A stretch of 64,000 nucleotides of DNA from Tannerella sp. (GTDB lineage: Bacteria; Bacteroidota; Bacteroidia; Bacteroidales; Tannerellaceae). The DNA is taken from assembly GCA_031551825.1 (NCBI GenBank), contig JAVBNB010000068.1, forward strand, positions 7,477-71,476. The letters run 5' to 3'. The notes beneath the pieces are model-generated. The model worked only from the letters and a program-made list of their open reading frames with translations, was not told the origin of the DNA and made no database searches. Shown piece after piece: positions 10,764-19,037 of the stretch. Each line of letters starts with the position of its first letter. The first letter of the stretch is position 1. The translations under genes and the position numbers were made by a program.

Positions 10764-11582
10764 ATGTATATGAAGAAGCATTATAAAAGAGCGTTAACCA
10801 TTGCCGGTAGTGATCCGAGCGGAGGCGCCGGTATCCAAGCGGATCTAAAAACTTTTTCGGCATGCGGATGTTTTGGTACATCTGCAATCGTGGCTGTGGT
10901 TGATGAAAATACGGTTGGAGTGACGGGGGTACATCCTGTTCCGGTCGATTTTGTGACCGGACAAATTAAATCCGTATTGGATGATATCGGCGCCGATGCT
11001 GTAAAAATAGGAATGCTCCATTCTTCGGAATTAATAAAAGCGATTAAGAAAACATTGTCCGGGTATAGTATTAAAAATATTGTGCTGGATCCGGTGATGG
11101 TTGCCACTTCTGGTGATAAGTTATTACAGGATGAAGCAATCGAAACTTTGAAAAAGGAGTTGGTGCCTTTCGCGCGTGTAATTACGCCGAATATTCCCGA
11201 GGCGGAAGTTCTGCTTGGACGGAAAATAAACGGGCAGGGCGATTTGCCCTTAGTGATACGTGAGCTGTCCGTAAACGGTAAAGTCTCTGTTCTGCTGAAG
11301 GCTGGGCATCTGAAGGATGAACTATTGACGGATGTGTTTTATAATGCGGAAACGGATGAGATTATAGAGCTTACTTCCGAGCGTATTCATACGAAAAATA
11401 CACATGGTACCGGATGCACGTTTTCTTCGGCAGTAGCTGCGTATTTGGCTTACAACTTGCCGCTTAATGATGCGGTGCGTAAAGCGAAAGAGTATATGAA
11501 ACTGGCCATTGCTGCCGGCGCGGAATATGAAATTGGTAAAGGGCACGGGCCGGTACATCATTTTTTTGGGTTTTGGCAGTAA
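10764..11582 (+). CDS. thiD: hydroxymethylpyrimidine/phosphomethylpyrimidine kinase
   Basis: 272 aa with [19 protein letters not shown] and the C-terminal [11 protein letters not shown] anion hole. Confidence 0.9.
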   Translation: MYMKKHYKRALTIAGSDPSGGAGIQADLKTFSACGCFGTSAIVAVVDENTVGVTGVHPVPVDFVTGQIKSVLDDIGADAVKIGMLHSSELIKAIKKTLSGYSIKNIVLDPVMVATSGDKLLQDEAIETLKKELVPFARVITPNIPEAEVLLGRKINGQGDLPLVIRELSVNGKVSVLLKAGHLKDELLTDVFYNAETDEIIELTSERIHTKNTHGTGCTFSSAVAAYLAYNLPLNDAVRKAKEYMKLAIAAGAEYEIGKGHGPVHHFFGFWQ

Positions 11583-11588
11583 GGGAAT

Positions 11589-11761
11589 GTTCTTTTTTCT
11601 TGATAAAAAAGAACCAAAAAATCAAGACTTCGTGTGTCTCGCATCGTTAAGCTTAACGTTCCGGTCGGCTAAAATCTATGTAACTCGCTTCGCTCAAACA
11701 GCATAGATTTCTTTACGCCTCTCTCCACTACTTAACGGTTCACCACACGAGGTCGGTCTAT
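11589..11761 (+). repeat. ~170-bp palindromic intergenic repeat, copy A (MITE/REP-like)
   Basis: About 80% identical by hand alignment to the reverse complement of 13375-13545. Internal hairpins are GTTCTTTT..AAAAGAAC, AATCTATG..CATAGATT and CGTTAAG..CTTAACG. The 65-aa ORF 11509-11706 runs through it and is probably spurious. Confidence 0.85.
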
Positions 11762-11817
11762 TTTGAACCAATGGACCTTTATTAAGTGAGGTATTTTTAA
11801 CTCTTGAATATGATTAT

Positions 11818-12018
11818 ATGGTCATAAAATTAAATGATAAATCTTATGAAGTGATGGAAGGTATGACGCTTGACCGGTTTATTGAGGATTTGAATATTCC
11901 GATTCAGGGGCTTGCGATTGCAATTAACTATGAAGTTGTACCGAAAAATAGGTGGAATGAAACGGTGCTTAAAGATGGGGTGGCGCTGTTGATGATACAT
12001 GCGGTATCGGGAGGATGA
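11818..12018 (+). CDS. thiS: sulfur-carrier protein ThiS
   Basis: 66 aa, ubiquitin-like size, C-terminal ...HAVSGG diglycine. Confidence 0.85.
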   Translation: MVIKLNDKSYEVMEGMTLDRFIEDLNIPIQGLAIAINYEVVPKNRWNETVLKDGVALLMIHAVSGG

Positions 12019-12025
12019 TGCTGAA

Positions 12026-12724
12026 ATGAAACTGATTGTAATTACTGCGGAGAACTTTTTGGAAGGAGAAGCTGAAGCCCTCAATCTGTTATTTGAAAAC
12101 GGATTGAAGGTCTTACATCTTCGGAAACCTCATGCATCGCAAAATGAAATAAAAGTTTTCATAGAACAAATTAAGACCGAATTTCATCCGCGGATAGTTC
12201 TCCATGATTATTACGATCTGACAGGATGGTTTGATTTGAAAGGCATACACCTGAATGGTCGTAATCAGGAGGCGTTTTTCCGAATGGTCGGTAGCGGTAG
12301 AGCCGTTCGTATGCAACCGGCATTGTCTGTTTCCGAAAATGGAAATGTTGTTGATAATAAACGTCCTGCAGATAGATGCCGGTTGTCGGTGAGCCGTTCC
12401 TGTCATTCGTTGGAAGAAATTATGGAGTATTGTTCTTTTGATTATCTGTTTCTGAGCCCTGTTTTTGACAGTATATCTAAAACCGGTTATAAACAGGGAT
12501 TTACACCGGAACGGTTTCGCGAGGCGAAAAGCGGGAAAATAATCGGCGAAAAAGTAATTGCTTTAGGCGGCATTACGGCGGAGAATATTCCGGTTGTACG
12601 CGACTATGGATTTGGCGGTATTGCTGTTTTAGGAGCATTGTGGAGTGACTTCGAAAGAAATAGCAATATGAATGAACTGCTGAAACGTTTTAATGAGTTG
12701 AAAATTAAATGTGAATATCAATGA
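12026..12724 (+). CDS. thiamine-phosphate synthase family protein (ThiE/TenI-like) with internal insertion
   Basis: 232 aa from the ATG at 12026 (MKLIVIT...). TMP-TENI pattern HLRKP...GIHLNG...SCHSLEE...YLFLSPVF...LGGI. An extra ~35-aa segment sits between GIHLNG and SCHS. Confidence 0.7.
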   Translation: MKLIVITAENFLEGEAEALNLLFENGLKVLHLRKPHASQNEIKVFIEQIKTEFHPRIVLHDYYDLTGWFDLKGIHLNGRNQEAFFRMVGSGRAVRMQPALSVSENGNVVDNKRPADRCRLSVSRSCHSLEEIMEYCSFDYLFLSPVFDSISKTGYKQGFTPERFREAKSGKIIGEKVIALGGITAENIPVVRDYGFGGIAVLGALWSDFERNSNMNELLKRFNELKIKCEYQ

Positions 12725-13356
12725 ACGGATTACTATTTATAACTCATCGAACAGAGAAGTATGATTATTTGCAATCGGTCGAAATTGCCTTAAAAGGAGG
12801 TTGCCGGCAGATACAACTTCGGATGAAGGATGCTTTTGTTATGGAAGTGGAAAAGGTTGCCCAGCGAGCGAAAGCCCTTTGTGATGAATATGACGCGGCC
12901 TTGTATATTGATGACCATGTGGGAATTTGCCGCAAGGTAAAAGCGGCAGGGGTTCATCTTGGAGAATTGGATATGCCGATCTCTGAAGCCCGTTCTATTC
13001 TGGGCGATGAATATATTATCGGCGGAACTGCAAATACGTTTGAGGATATCGAACGTCTCTGTAAGCGAGGTGTTAATTACATCGGTTTAGGCCCATTCCG
13101 TTTTACGACAACGAAGAGAAACCTGAGTCCGGTTTTAGGTTTGGAAGGATATCGGAACTTAATAAAACAATGTCGGGAAAATGATATGAACGTACCTGTA
13201 CTGGCAATAGGAGGTATTACTATGAATGATATTCCGGCTCTCATGCAAACAGGGGTATCAGGAATAGCACTTTCTTCAACTATCCTGAACGCCGAAAACC
13301 CAGTAGAAGAAACAAGAAAAATAGTGGAGAGGTTGAAAATGAAAAGTGAAGAGTGA
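12721..13356 (+). CDS. thiE: thiamine-phosphate synthase
   Basis: 211 aa with QLRMKD...GVHLGELD...IGGTANT...YIGLGPFRFTTTK...AIGGI. A 4-nt ATGA overlap links it to the preceding gene. Confidence 0.85.
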   Translation: MNGLLFITHRTEKYDYLQSVEIALKGGCRQIQLRMKDAFVMEVEKVAQRAKALCDEYDAALYIDDHVGICRKVKAAGVHLGELDMPISEARSILGDEYIIGGTANTFEDIERLCKRGVNYIGLGPFRFTTTKRNLSPVLGLEGYRNLIKQCRENDMNVPVLAIGGITMNDIPALMQTGVSGIALSSTILNAENPVEETRKIVERLKMKSEE

Positions 13357-13374
13357 AGAATGAGAAATTAAATT

Positions 13375-13545
13375 ATAGACTGACCTCGTGTGGTGAGCCG
13401 TTCCGTCAGTGGAGTCGGCGTCAGGAATCTATGCTGTTTGAGCGAAGCGAGTTACATAGATTTTAGCCGACAGAACGTCTGACGGAACGATGCGAAGCAC
13501 ACGAAGTCTTGCTTTTTTGGTTCTTTTGTAGCAAGACAAAAGAAC
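13375..13545 (-). repeat. ~170-bp palindromic intergenic repeat, copy B (inverted relative to copy A)
   Basis: Reverse complement aligns along its full length with 11589-11761. Stem positions differ by compensatory changes (CGTTCCGTCAG..CTGACGGAACG here versus CGTTAAG..CTTAACG in copy A). Confidence 0.85.
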
Positions 13546-13579
13546 AGGCAAACTTGTCAGGAAAAAAGAATAAGCAAAG

Positions 13580-14347
13580 ATGAAAAATTTAATAATAGCA
13601 GGAAAAGAGTTTCGTTCGAGATTATTTCTCGGTACGGGAAAGTTCAGTTCAAACGAACTGATGAGTCAGGCGATCAACGCTTCAATGACAGAAATGGTTA
13701 CGGTAGCAATGAAGCGATTGGATATTGAAAATAAGGAAGATGATATGTTTTTGCATATTAAAAAGCCTGGAATTCAATTATTACCGAATACATCGGGCGT
13801 ACGTAATGCTAAAGAAGCTGTTTTTGCGGCGAAATTAGCGCGCGAAGCATTTGGGACAAATTGGTTGAAACTGGAAATACATCCGGACCCGAAATATTTG
13901 TTGCCGGATCCGGTTGAAACCTTGAAAGCAACAGAAGAACTGGCAAAGGATGGGTTTGTTGTATTGCCTTATATTCAGGCCGATCCCGTGCTATGTAAGT
14001 TGTTGGAAAATGCCGGCGCTGCAACGGTTATGCCGCTTGGGGCGCCGATAGGTACGAATAAAGGCCTTTGTACGCGTGACTTGCTTGAGATTATTATTGA
14101 GCAGAGTAATATCCCTGTTGTGGTTGATGCCGGTATCGGAGCCCCGTCCCATGCTGCCGAGGCAATGGAGATGGGAGCAGATGCCGTTCTTGTCAATACG
14201 GCGATTGCTGTGGCGGGAGATCCTGTCGCAATGGCTGAGGCTTTCAGGTTAGGTGTGGAAGGCGGACGAAAAGCTTTTGAGGCTCAGTTGGCCGGTAAAC
14301 TCAATATTGCGGAGGCAAGTAGTCCGTTGACTTCATTTTTAATGTAA
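13580..14347 (+). CDS. thiG: thiazole synthase
   Basis: 255 aa with [20 protein letters not shown] and [13 protein letters not shown]. Confidence 0.92.
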   Translation: MKNLIIAGKEFRSRLFLGTGKFSSNELMSQAINASMTEMVTVAMKRLDIENKEDDMFLHIKKPGIQLLPNTSGVRNAKEAVFAAKLAREAFGTNWLKLEIHPDPKYLLPDPVETLKATEELAKDGFVVLPYIQADPVLCKLLENAGAATVMPLGAPIGTNKGLCTRDLLEIIIEQSNIPVVVDAGIGAPSHAAEAMEMGADAVLVNTAIAVAGDPVAMAEAFRLGVEGGRKAFEAQLAGKLNIAEASSPLTSFLM

Positions 14348-14356
14348 GGAACAGGT

Positions 14357-15475
14357 ATGTTATACAAAGATTTGGTAAATGAATACGGTTGGGATGATAT
14401 TCATTCACGTATTAATAAAAAGACGGTCATAGATGTGGAGCAGGCTTTAAGCAAAAGTCGCCGGCCTACTGTTGATGACTTTATGGCTCTGATATCCCCT
14501 GCGGCGGAGCCTTATCTGGAACAGATGGCTGTGCTGAGCCGTCAGTATACGCAACAGCGTTTCGGTAAAACAATACAGTTTTATGTACCTCTTTACCTGA
14601 CGAGTTCATGTATGAACCATTGTGTTTACTGTGGATTTAACCATAACAACAATATCAAACGTATCATTCTGACGGACGAACAGATTTTACAGGAAGTAGA
14701 GGCGATTAAAAGTATCGGTGATTTTCAGCATATCCTCCTGGTGACAGGCGAAAATCCGCGTGATGCCGGAGTGGATTATATTGAAAATGCGATACGTTTG
14801 GTGAAGCCTTATTTTTCTTCTATTTCAATCGAAGTACAACCCTTGAAAGAGGAAGAATATAAGCGACTGACGAACGCCGGATTGAATGCGGTTTATTGCT
14901 ATCAGGAAACGTATAATAAGCAGAATTATAAGACTTATCATCCGAAAGGGATGAAGTCGAAGTTTGACTGGCGGTTGGATGCCTTCGACCGTATGGGAAA
15001 AGCCGGTGTACACAAAGTCGGTTTAGGCGTACTTATCGGATTGGAGGATTGGCGAACGGATGTTTCGATGATGGCGTTTCACTTGCGTTATTTACAGAAA
15101 ACATACTGGCAGACGAAATACTCCATTTCATTTCCGCGTATGCGTCCGCACGAAGGCGAGGCTTTTCAGCCCAATATTGTGATGTCTGATAAGGAACTGG
15201 CGCAGCTTATTTTTGCCTTTCGCATATTTGATCATGATGTGGAACTTGCTTTGTCTACACGTGAGGATAAGAGTTTCAGGGATCACATGACGACTTTGGG
15301 TATAACCTCCCTGAGTGCAGGTTCAAAAACAGACCCGGGCGGGTATGCGGTTTATAAAAAAGAATTGGAGCAGTTTGCCGTAAACGATGACCGCAGCCCG
15401 GATGATGTTTTAAGTGCGGTAAAAAAACAGGGTTATGAGGTGGTGTGGAAAGATTGGGATTTGAGCCTGCAATAA
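14357..15475 (+). CDS. thiH: 2-iminoacetate synthase (radical SAM)
   Basis: 372 aa. Radical-SAM cluster CMNHCVYCGF. Located between thiG and thiF. Confidence 0.85.
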   Translation: MLYKDLVNEYGWDDIHSRINKKTVIDVEQALSKSRRPTVDDFMALISPAAEPYLEQMAVLSRQYTQQRFGKTIQFYVPLYLTSSCMNHCVYCGFNHNNNIKRIILTDEQILQEVEAIKSIGDFQHILLVTGENPRDAGVDYIENAIRLVKPYFSSISIEVQPLKEEEYKRLTNAGLNAVYCYQETYNKQNYKTYHPKGMKSKFDWRLDAFDRMGKAGVHKVGLGVLIGLEDWRTDVSMMAFHLRYLQKTYWQTKYSISFPRMRPHEGEAFQPNIVMSDKELAQLIFAFRIFDHDVELALSTREDKSFRDHMTTLGITSLSAGSKTDPGGYAVYKKELEQFAVNDDRSPDDVLSAVKKQGYEVVWKDWDLSLQ

Positions 15476-15498
15476 ATTGGGACAAATAAAAAAGCAAA

Positions 15499-16293
15499 AT
15501 GGAAGACAGGTATAATCGTAATATTCTTATCGAAAATGTTGGAGAGAAAGGGCAATTGAAGTTAAGAGCTTCAAGAGTGCTTGTGGTAGGAGCGGGTGGA
15601 TTAGGCTCTCCCGTGCTTTTTTATCTGGCCGCCGCCGGGGTTGGTACAATTGGGATTGTTGATGATGATGTGGTAAACATCACCAATCTTCAACGTCAGA
15701 TCCTCCATTTTACGAGCGATCTTGGACGACGGAAAACTGAATCCGCACAGGAAAAACTTACCGCCTTGAATCCGGATGTGAAAATCGTTATTTATAATTG
15801 CAGGTTTTCGAATGAAAACGCGGAAAAAATAATTAACGGTAATATGGAAGGTGATACAGTCGGGCTGGCTTCGGATATGTCTTGTTTGAGATCCGGTGGC
15901 GAATATGACTTTGTGGTTGACTGTTGTGATAATTATGCGACAAAATTACTGATCAATGATGTTTGTGTAAGGATGAAAAAGCCTTATTCGCATGGCGCGG
16001 TGGTGGCTTTGCGTGGAGAAGTCATGACGTATATTCCCGGCTCCGCATGTTACCGGTGCGTCTTTGACACCCCGCCGGAAGACGGTGCGTTGCCTACTGC
16101 TTCGCAAATCGGAATTTTAGGCTCGGTCGCTGGGATCGTCGGAAGTCTACAAGCGACCGAAACGATTAAATATTTGGCCGGAATAAATGATTTAATAACA
16201 AATCGTATACTGATAGCAGAAGCAAATGTTATGAATTTTATTTCCTTAAAAGTGAAAAAAAGAGATTCGTGTATGTGTGGGGTTATTGAATAA
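15499..16293 (+). CDS. thiF: ThiF/MoeB-family adenylyltransferase
   Basis: 264 aa with VVGAGGLGSP Rossmann motif, DCCDNYATK, and cysteine pairs CYRC / CMC. Confidence 0.75.
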   Translation: MEDRYNRNILIENVGEKGQLKLRASRVLVVGAGGLGSPVLFYLAAAGVGTIGIVDDDVVNITNLQRQILHFTSDLGRRKTESAQEKLTALNPDVKIVIYNCRFSNENAEKIINGNMEGDTVGLASDMSCLRSGGEYDFVVDCCDNYATKLLINDVCVRMKKPYSHGAVVALRGEVMTYIPGSACYRCVFDTPPEDGALPTASQIGILGSVAGIVGSLQATETIKYLAGINDLITNRILIAEANVMNFISLKVKKRDSCMCGVIE

Positions 16294-16436
16294 AAGAACT
16301 GTACATCCTGTTTCCTAACATTAATATTACGGCAGCCTGATGTTCCCTTGATCTCTCTTTCAGTATTTTGCAAAATTGTTCTTTCGGCATGACTTCTAAC
16401 TAAGTATATCGGAGTTTAAAATATGAATGCTCGTTT

Positions 16437-16955
16437 TTATACATCAACAATAGCAGTCTCAATCAATTTGAAATTCAATTTTTCAATTGGTTGAAAGCCA
16501 TGCACAATAGGTTCAGGCAAATAACTTCTAATTATATCAAAAGCCCCCGCAATATCTTCTGGCGTCTCAATCGTTTTAGTTTTATTTGAAAAGACACACA
16601 ATCTTTCAGTAAAACTATCTATGAAAGATTTAATTGAAATTGTGTTGGAAAGATGTAACAACGCATTATGCAACTGTTTCCTCGCATCGTTTATTTTATT
16701 TTTAGACGAACTGCTTAATGACAATTCATTTAAGATAAAAAATGTATCACCTTCTAAATGATAGACAATAAAATCACATTTCTTTAATTCCAGTGCTTTA
16801 ATAACGTCATCGGGTTGCTGATTAAGAAAGTGCTCATAATCAATAACCGCAATAATCTTATTATTAGGATTATTATAGGTTGCACTTCCTGTTCCAAGTG
16901 ATTGTTTTATTGCAGGTTTTTTATCTTGAATATCGAAATTGGTATCATCTATCAC
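16437..16955 (-). CDS. hypothetical protein (possible PD-(D/E)xK-like motif, weak)
   Basis: 172-codon ORF in ~30% GC DNA, unlikely by chance. It has no ATG; the only start is GTG at 16955 and there is no internal Met. IAVID...ALELKK could be a D..ExK nuclease motif, but this is very tentative. Confidence 0.45.
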   Translation of the reverse strand: MIDDTNFDIQDKKPAIKQSLGTGSATYNNPNNKIIAVIDYEHFLNQQPDDVIKALELKKCDFIVYHLEGDTFFILNELSLSSSSKNKINDARKQLHNALLHLSNTISIKSFIDSFTERLCVFSNKTKTIETPEDIAGAFDIIRSYLPEPIVHGFQPIEKLNFKLIETAIVDV

Positions 16956-17051
16956 ATCGGATTTGAGACTAAGCTATGGATATAAAAAACAGTTTCTGTA
17001 GTAGAGCTTCTATCTTTTAATTTTTACTTTTGATAGAAAAATCTAAAAAAT

Positions 17052-17459
17052 ATGGCAGAAATATTTTATGATATGTCCCATCTGACAACGGATGAACTTC
17101 GGGAACTGTTTACGTCCTACCGAAAACTCGGATGGATAGATTACGAGTATGAAGTACTGGATGAGAGCCACCCTCCTATACAGACTCTTTCGGATGCGGA
17201 GGTTATTCTGAATATTCAAGCGGGAGATGAACGAAATTATTTTGTATTCATGCTCAACCATGAAGACGAGGAAGACGGCGTAATGATTGGCTTTGGGCTA
17301 AATTACCAAGAATATTTTTCAGCGTACCTGCACCTTTCGCCTAAGTATCTGAAAGAACTAATCGAAAAGTATGCGCTGGTAAGTAAAGCAACCAATGCAG
17401 AGAACCTAACGGTCGAACAGTTCTTAATAAAGCAGGCAAATGACCTTCCGATGAATTAA
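17052..17459 (+). CDS. hypothetical acidic 135-aa protein
   Basis: ATG-initiated ORF, divergent from 16437-16955 (96-nt spacer) and convergent with the HEPN gene. No motif recognised. Confidence 0.5.
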   Translation: MAEIFYDMSHLTTDELRELFTSYRKLGWIDYEYEVLDESHPPIQTLSDAEVILNIQAGDERNYFVFMLNHEDEEDGVMIGFGLNYQEYFSAYLHLSPKYLKELIEKYALVSKATNAENLTVEQFLIKQANDLPMN

Positions 17460-17531
17460 ACAAGTCAATGATTTTAGACGGGATGTGAAATTATTATTAG
17501 CACCTACTATTCTCAATAAAAATTTGCTTTT

Positions 17532-18233
17532 TTACTGTACCGTTTCGTTTTTCTTTGCTTCTATTCTGTCAAACTTTACTTTCAATGCTTGAATTTTACT
17601 TTGCAAATTCCAAGTTTCTGTCTCTGTCACGAGTCTTTCTAACTCTGTCATATGGAAATAGAAGTCATTGAAATGTGCTTTAGTAGGGCTTTCAATTAAG
17701 TCTTCTACTGCCTGACTTAGTTTCTCATAGACGCTGAACAAAATATCTATTTGAACAAAATCAAGATTTTCTATTCGCGTGGTTGTTGCCTCGTTTGTTG
17801 CCGTATTGTCATTATTCAAAGCTACTACCCATTGTCCATGTGCAATTTTATTTCTTAACTGGCTTGGCTCGATAACAAATTTATTGATGTGTCTTGACAG
17901 TATCAATTTTTTATTTTGAACTTCGCCAGCATTTGCAATGCTATTTGTTCGACTAAATGCCAACGCCATACATTTCGTCCATTTTTGTTCTAAGTTCCTT
18001 TCGTTACTTATTTGTCGTATTTCACCCTCACTAAAACCGTATGGAGTGTGAATAACCTTAAGAAAAGAAAGCTCGGCAAATGAAGAGTATAGCAAAGCAT
18101 ACAACTTAGTCAACGCACTGAATGCAGAGTGGTCGTTTCTTTTGATAGATTGGTTGAACAATCTTTTTATATTTTTTCGTTGTTTATTCAGTTCCCTTAA
18201 ATTAACAACGCTTGCCCTGTAAATGTCAATCAT
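17532..18233 (-). CDS. HEPN-domain protein (Abi-like putative RNase)
   Basis: 233 aa. The Rx4H motif in SQLRNKIAHGQW is the HEPN catalytic signature seen in AbiD/F-type and related abortive-infection RNases. The protein is all-helical in character. Confidence 0.65.
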   Translation of the reverse strand: MIDIYRASVVNLRELNKQRKNIKRLFNQSIKRNDHSAFSALTKLYALLYSSFAELSFLKVIHTPYGFSEGEIRQISNERNLEQKWTKCMALAFSRTNSIANAGEVQNKKLILSRHINKFVIEPSQLRNKIAHGQWVVALNNDNTATNEATTTRIENLDFVQIDILFSVYEKLSQAVEDLIESPTKAHFNDFYFHMTELERLVTETETWNLQSKIQALKVKFDRIEAKKNETVQ

Positions 18234-18240
18234 ATCACAA

Positions 18241-18349
18241 AAATAAAAAAGGGCTTGTAATGAACACTTTGTTAGTCTGCATTACAAGCCCGGAGTTGAA
18301 CCGGGAACCTACCATTTCTGGTCCGCTTTGCCTTATTAAGCTACAAGTC
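18241..18349 (-). ncRNA. tRNA-like leader/small RNA ending in an intrinsic terminator, immediately upstream of the HEPN gene
   Basis: Minus-strand RNA reads GGACUUG-UA-GCUU-AAUAAGGCA-AAGC (acceptor 5' strand plus D arm), ACCA-GAAA-UGGU stub, CCCGG-UUCAACU-CCGGG (T arm), then the 12-bp hairpin GGGCUUGUAAUG/CAUUACAAGCCC and UUUUUUAUUUUU. It has no normal anticodon arm or 3' acceptor strand. Confidence 0.6.
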
Positions 18350-18353
18350 CGTT

Positions 18354-18361
18354 GCAAAGAT
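18354..18361 (-). promoter_or_regulatory. -7 box TATCTTTG driving the tRNA-like leader
   Basis: The reverse complement of CAAAGATA matches TAnnTTTG and ends ~5 nt upstream of the GGACUUG 5' end. Confidence 0.5.
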
Positions 18362-18842
18362 AATGTTTTTGTTGTATTGTATCTCACTTTACTCTTTTTT
18401 CTCATATTTTTTTGTGTAGAATATCCCCAAAGCTTATTTTCAGCACATATACTGTAACAAATTATCGCTTAGGTAATACCTTTTAGAAAAGAAAGACAAG
18501 TAGAAAGGCTACTTCTCCCTACCTGTCTATACTACATTAATCAAAATTGTTTACTAATTTCCTTTTACCCCTTCTTTCTCGTCCTTATCTGTCTGCTCAT
18601 TGTTGAAGGTAAAAGAAAGAGGAAATTCTCTCCCAAACGAATCGAAGAACACCACCTCTATATTATGGGCATCTTCCGATAGCGAACGAAAGTAGAGCCG
18701 GAAATAACTATCTGTTATCTCGTATGCATCATTAGGCAACTGTTATAACACCTACTATAAACGTTTTTGATTAATCGTTTATTATCAGGTGATTAATAAA
18801 GTGACTTTTTATAAAATAGTTATAAGACTATTAATAAGGTGA

Positions 18843-18876
18843 GAAAATAATAAAGGCTACCAAAATGATAGCCTTT
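18843..18876 (-). terminator. Intrinsic terminator after the type-II tRNA-like gene
   Basis: Minus strand reads AAAGGCTA-TCATTTTGG-TAGCCTTT followed by ATTATTTT. Confidence 0.55.
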
Positions 18877-18900
18877 GAAAATATATCGTATTATGAATAT

Positions 18901-18987
18901 TCAGAAGAGGGGATTCGAACCCCCGGAACCCTTTACAGGTTCACCTGATTATCAGTCAGGCGCCTTAAGCCTCTCAGCCACCTCTCT
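18901..18987 (-). tRNA. Type-II (long variable arm) tRNA-like gene with Ser-like body, anticodon loop CUGAUAA and imperfect acceptor stem
   Basis: AGAGAGG-TG-GCT-GAGAGGCTTAA-GGC-G-CCTGA-CTGATAA-TCAGG-TGAACCTGTAAAGGGTTCC-GGGGG-TTCGAAT-CCCCT-CTTCTGA. By hand-fold only 5 of 7 acceptor pairs form (1:72 is A/A, 2:71 is G/G), and the anticodon would be GAU. Confidence 0.5.
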
Positions 18988-18992
18988 AAGTG

Positions 18993-19000
18993 CAAAGATA
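18993..19000 (-). promoter_or_regulatory. -7 box TATCTTTG driving the tRNA-like gene
   Basis: The reverse complement of CAAAGATA ends 6 nt upstream of the tRNA-like 5' end. Confidence 0.5.
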
Positions 19001-19037
19001 ATAATATATATTGTAAATCAAATAATATCACTATAAA

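Noticed and set aside
11509-11706. 65-aa ORF overlapping the thiD 3' end and running into the intergenic region.
   Set aside because: Most of it is read through repeat copy A, so the apparent coding potential is a by-product of the palindromic element.
18212-18457. 81-aa plus-strand ORF across the HEPN start and the tRNA-like leader.
   Set aside because: It overlaps the HEPN start codon, the terminator hairpin and the promoter on the opposite strand. The sequence is hydrophobic junk, so the structured RNA interpretation explains the region better.
18554-18739. 61-aa minus-strand ORF between the two tRNA-like genes.
   Set aside because: Its only start is TTG, it has no in-frame ATG and no motif is recognised. 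It cannot be excluded as a small protein, but support is insufficient to call it.
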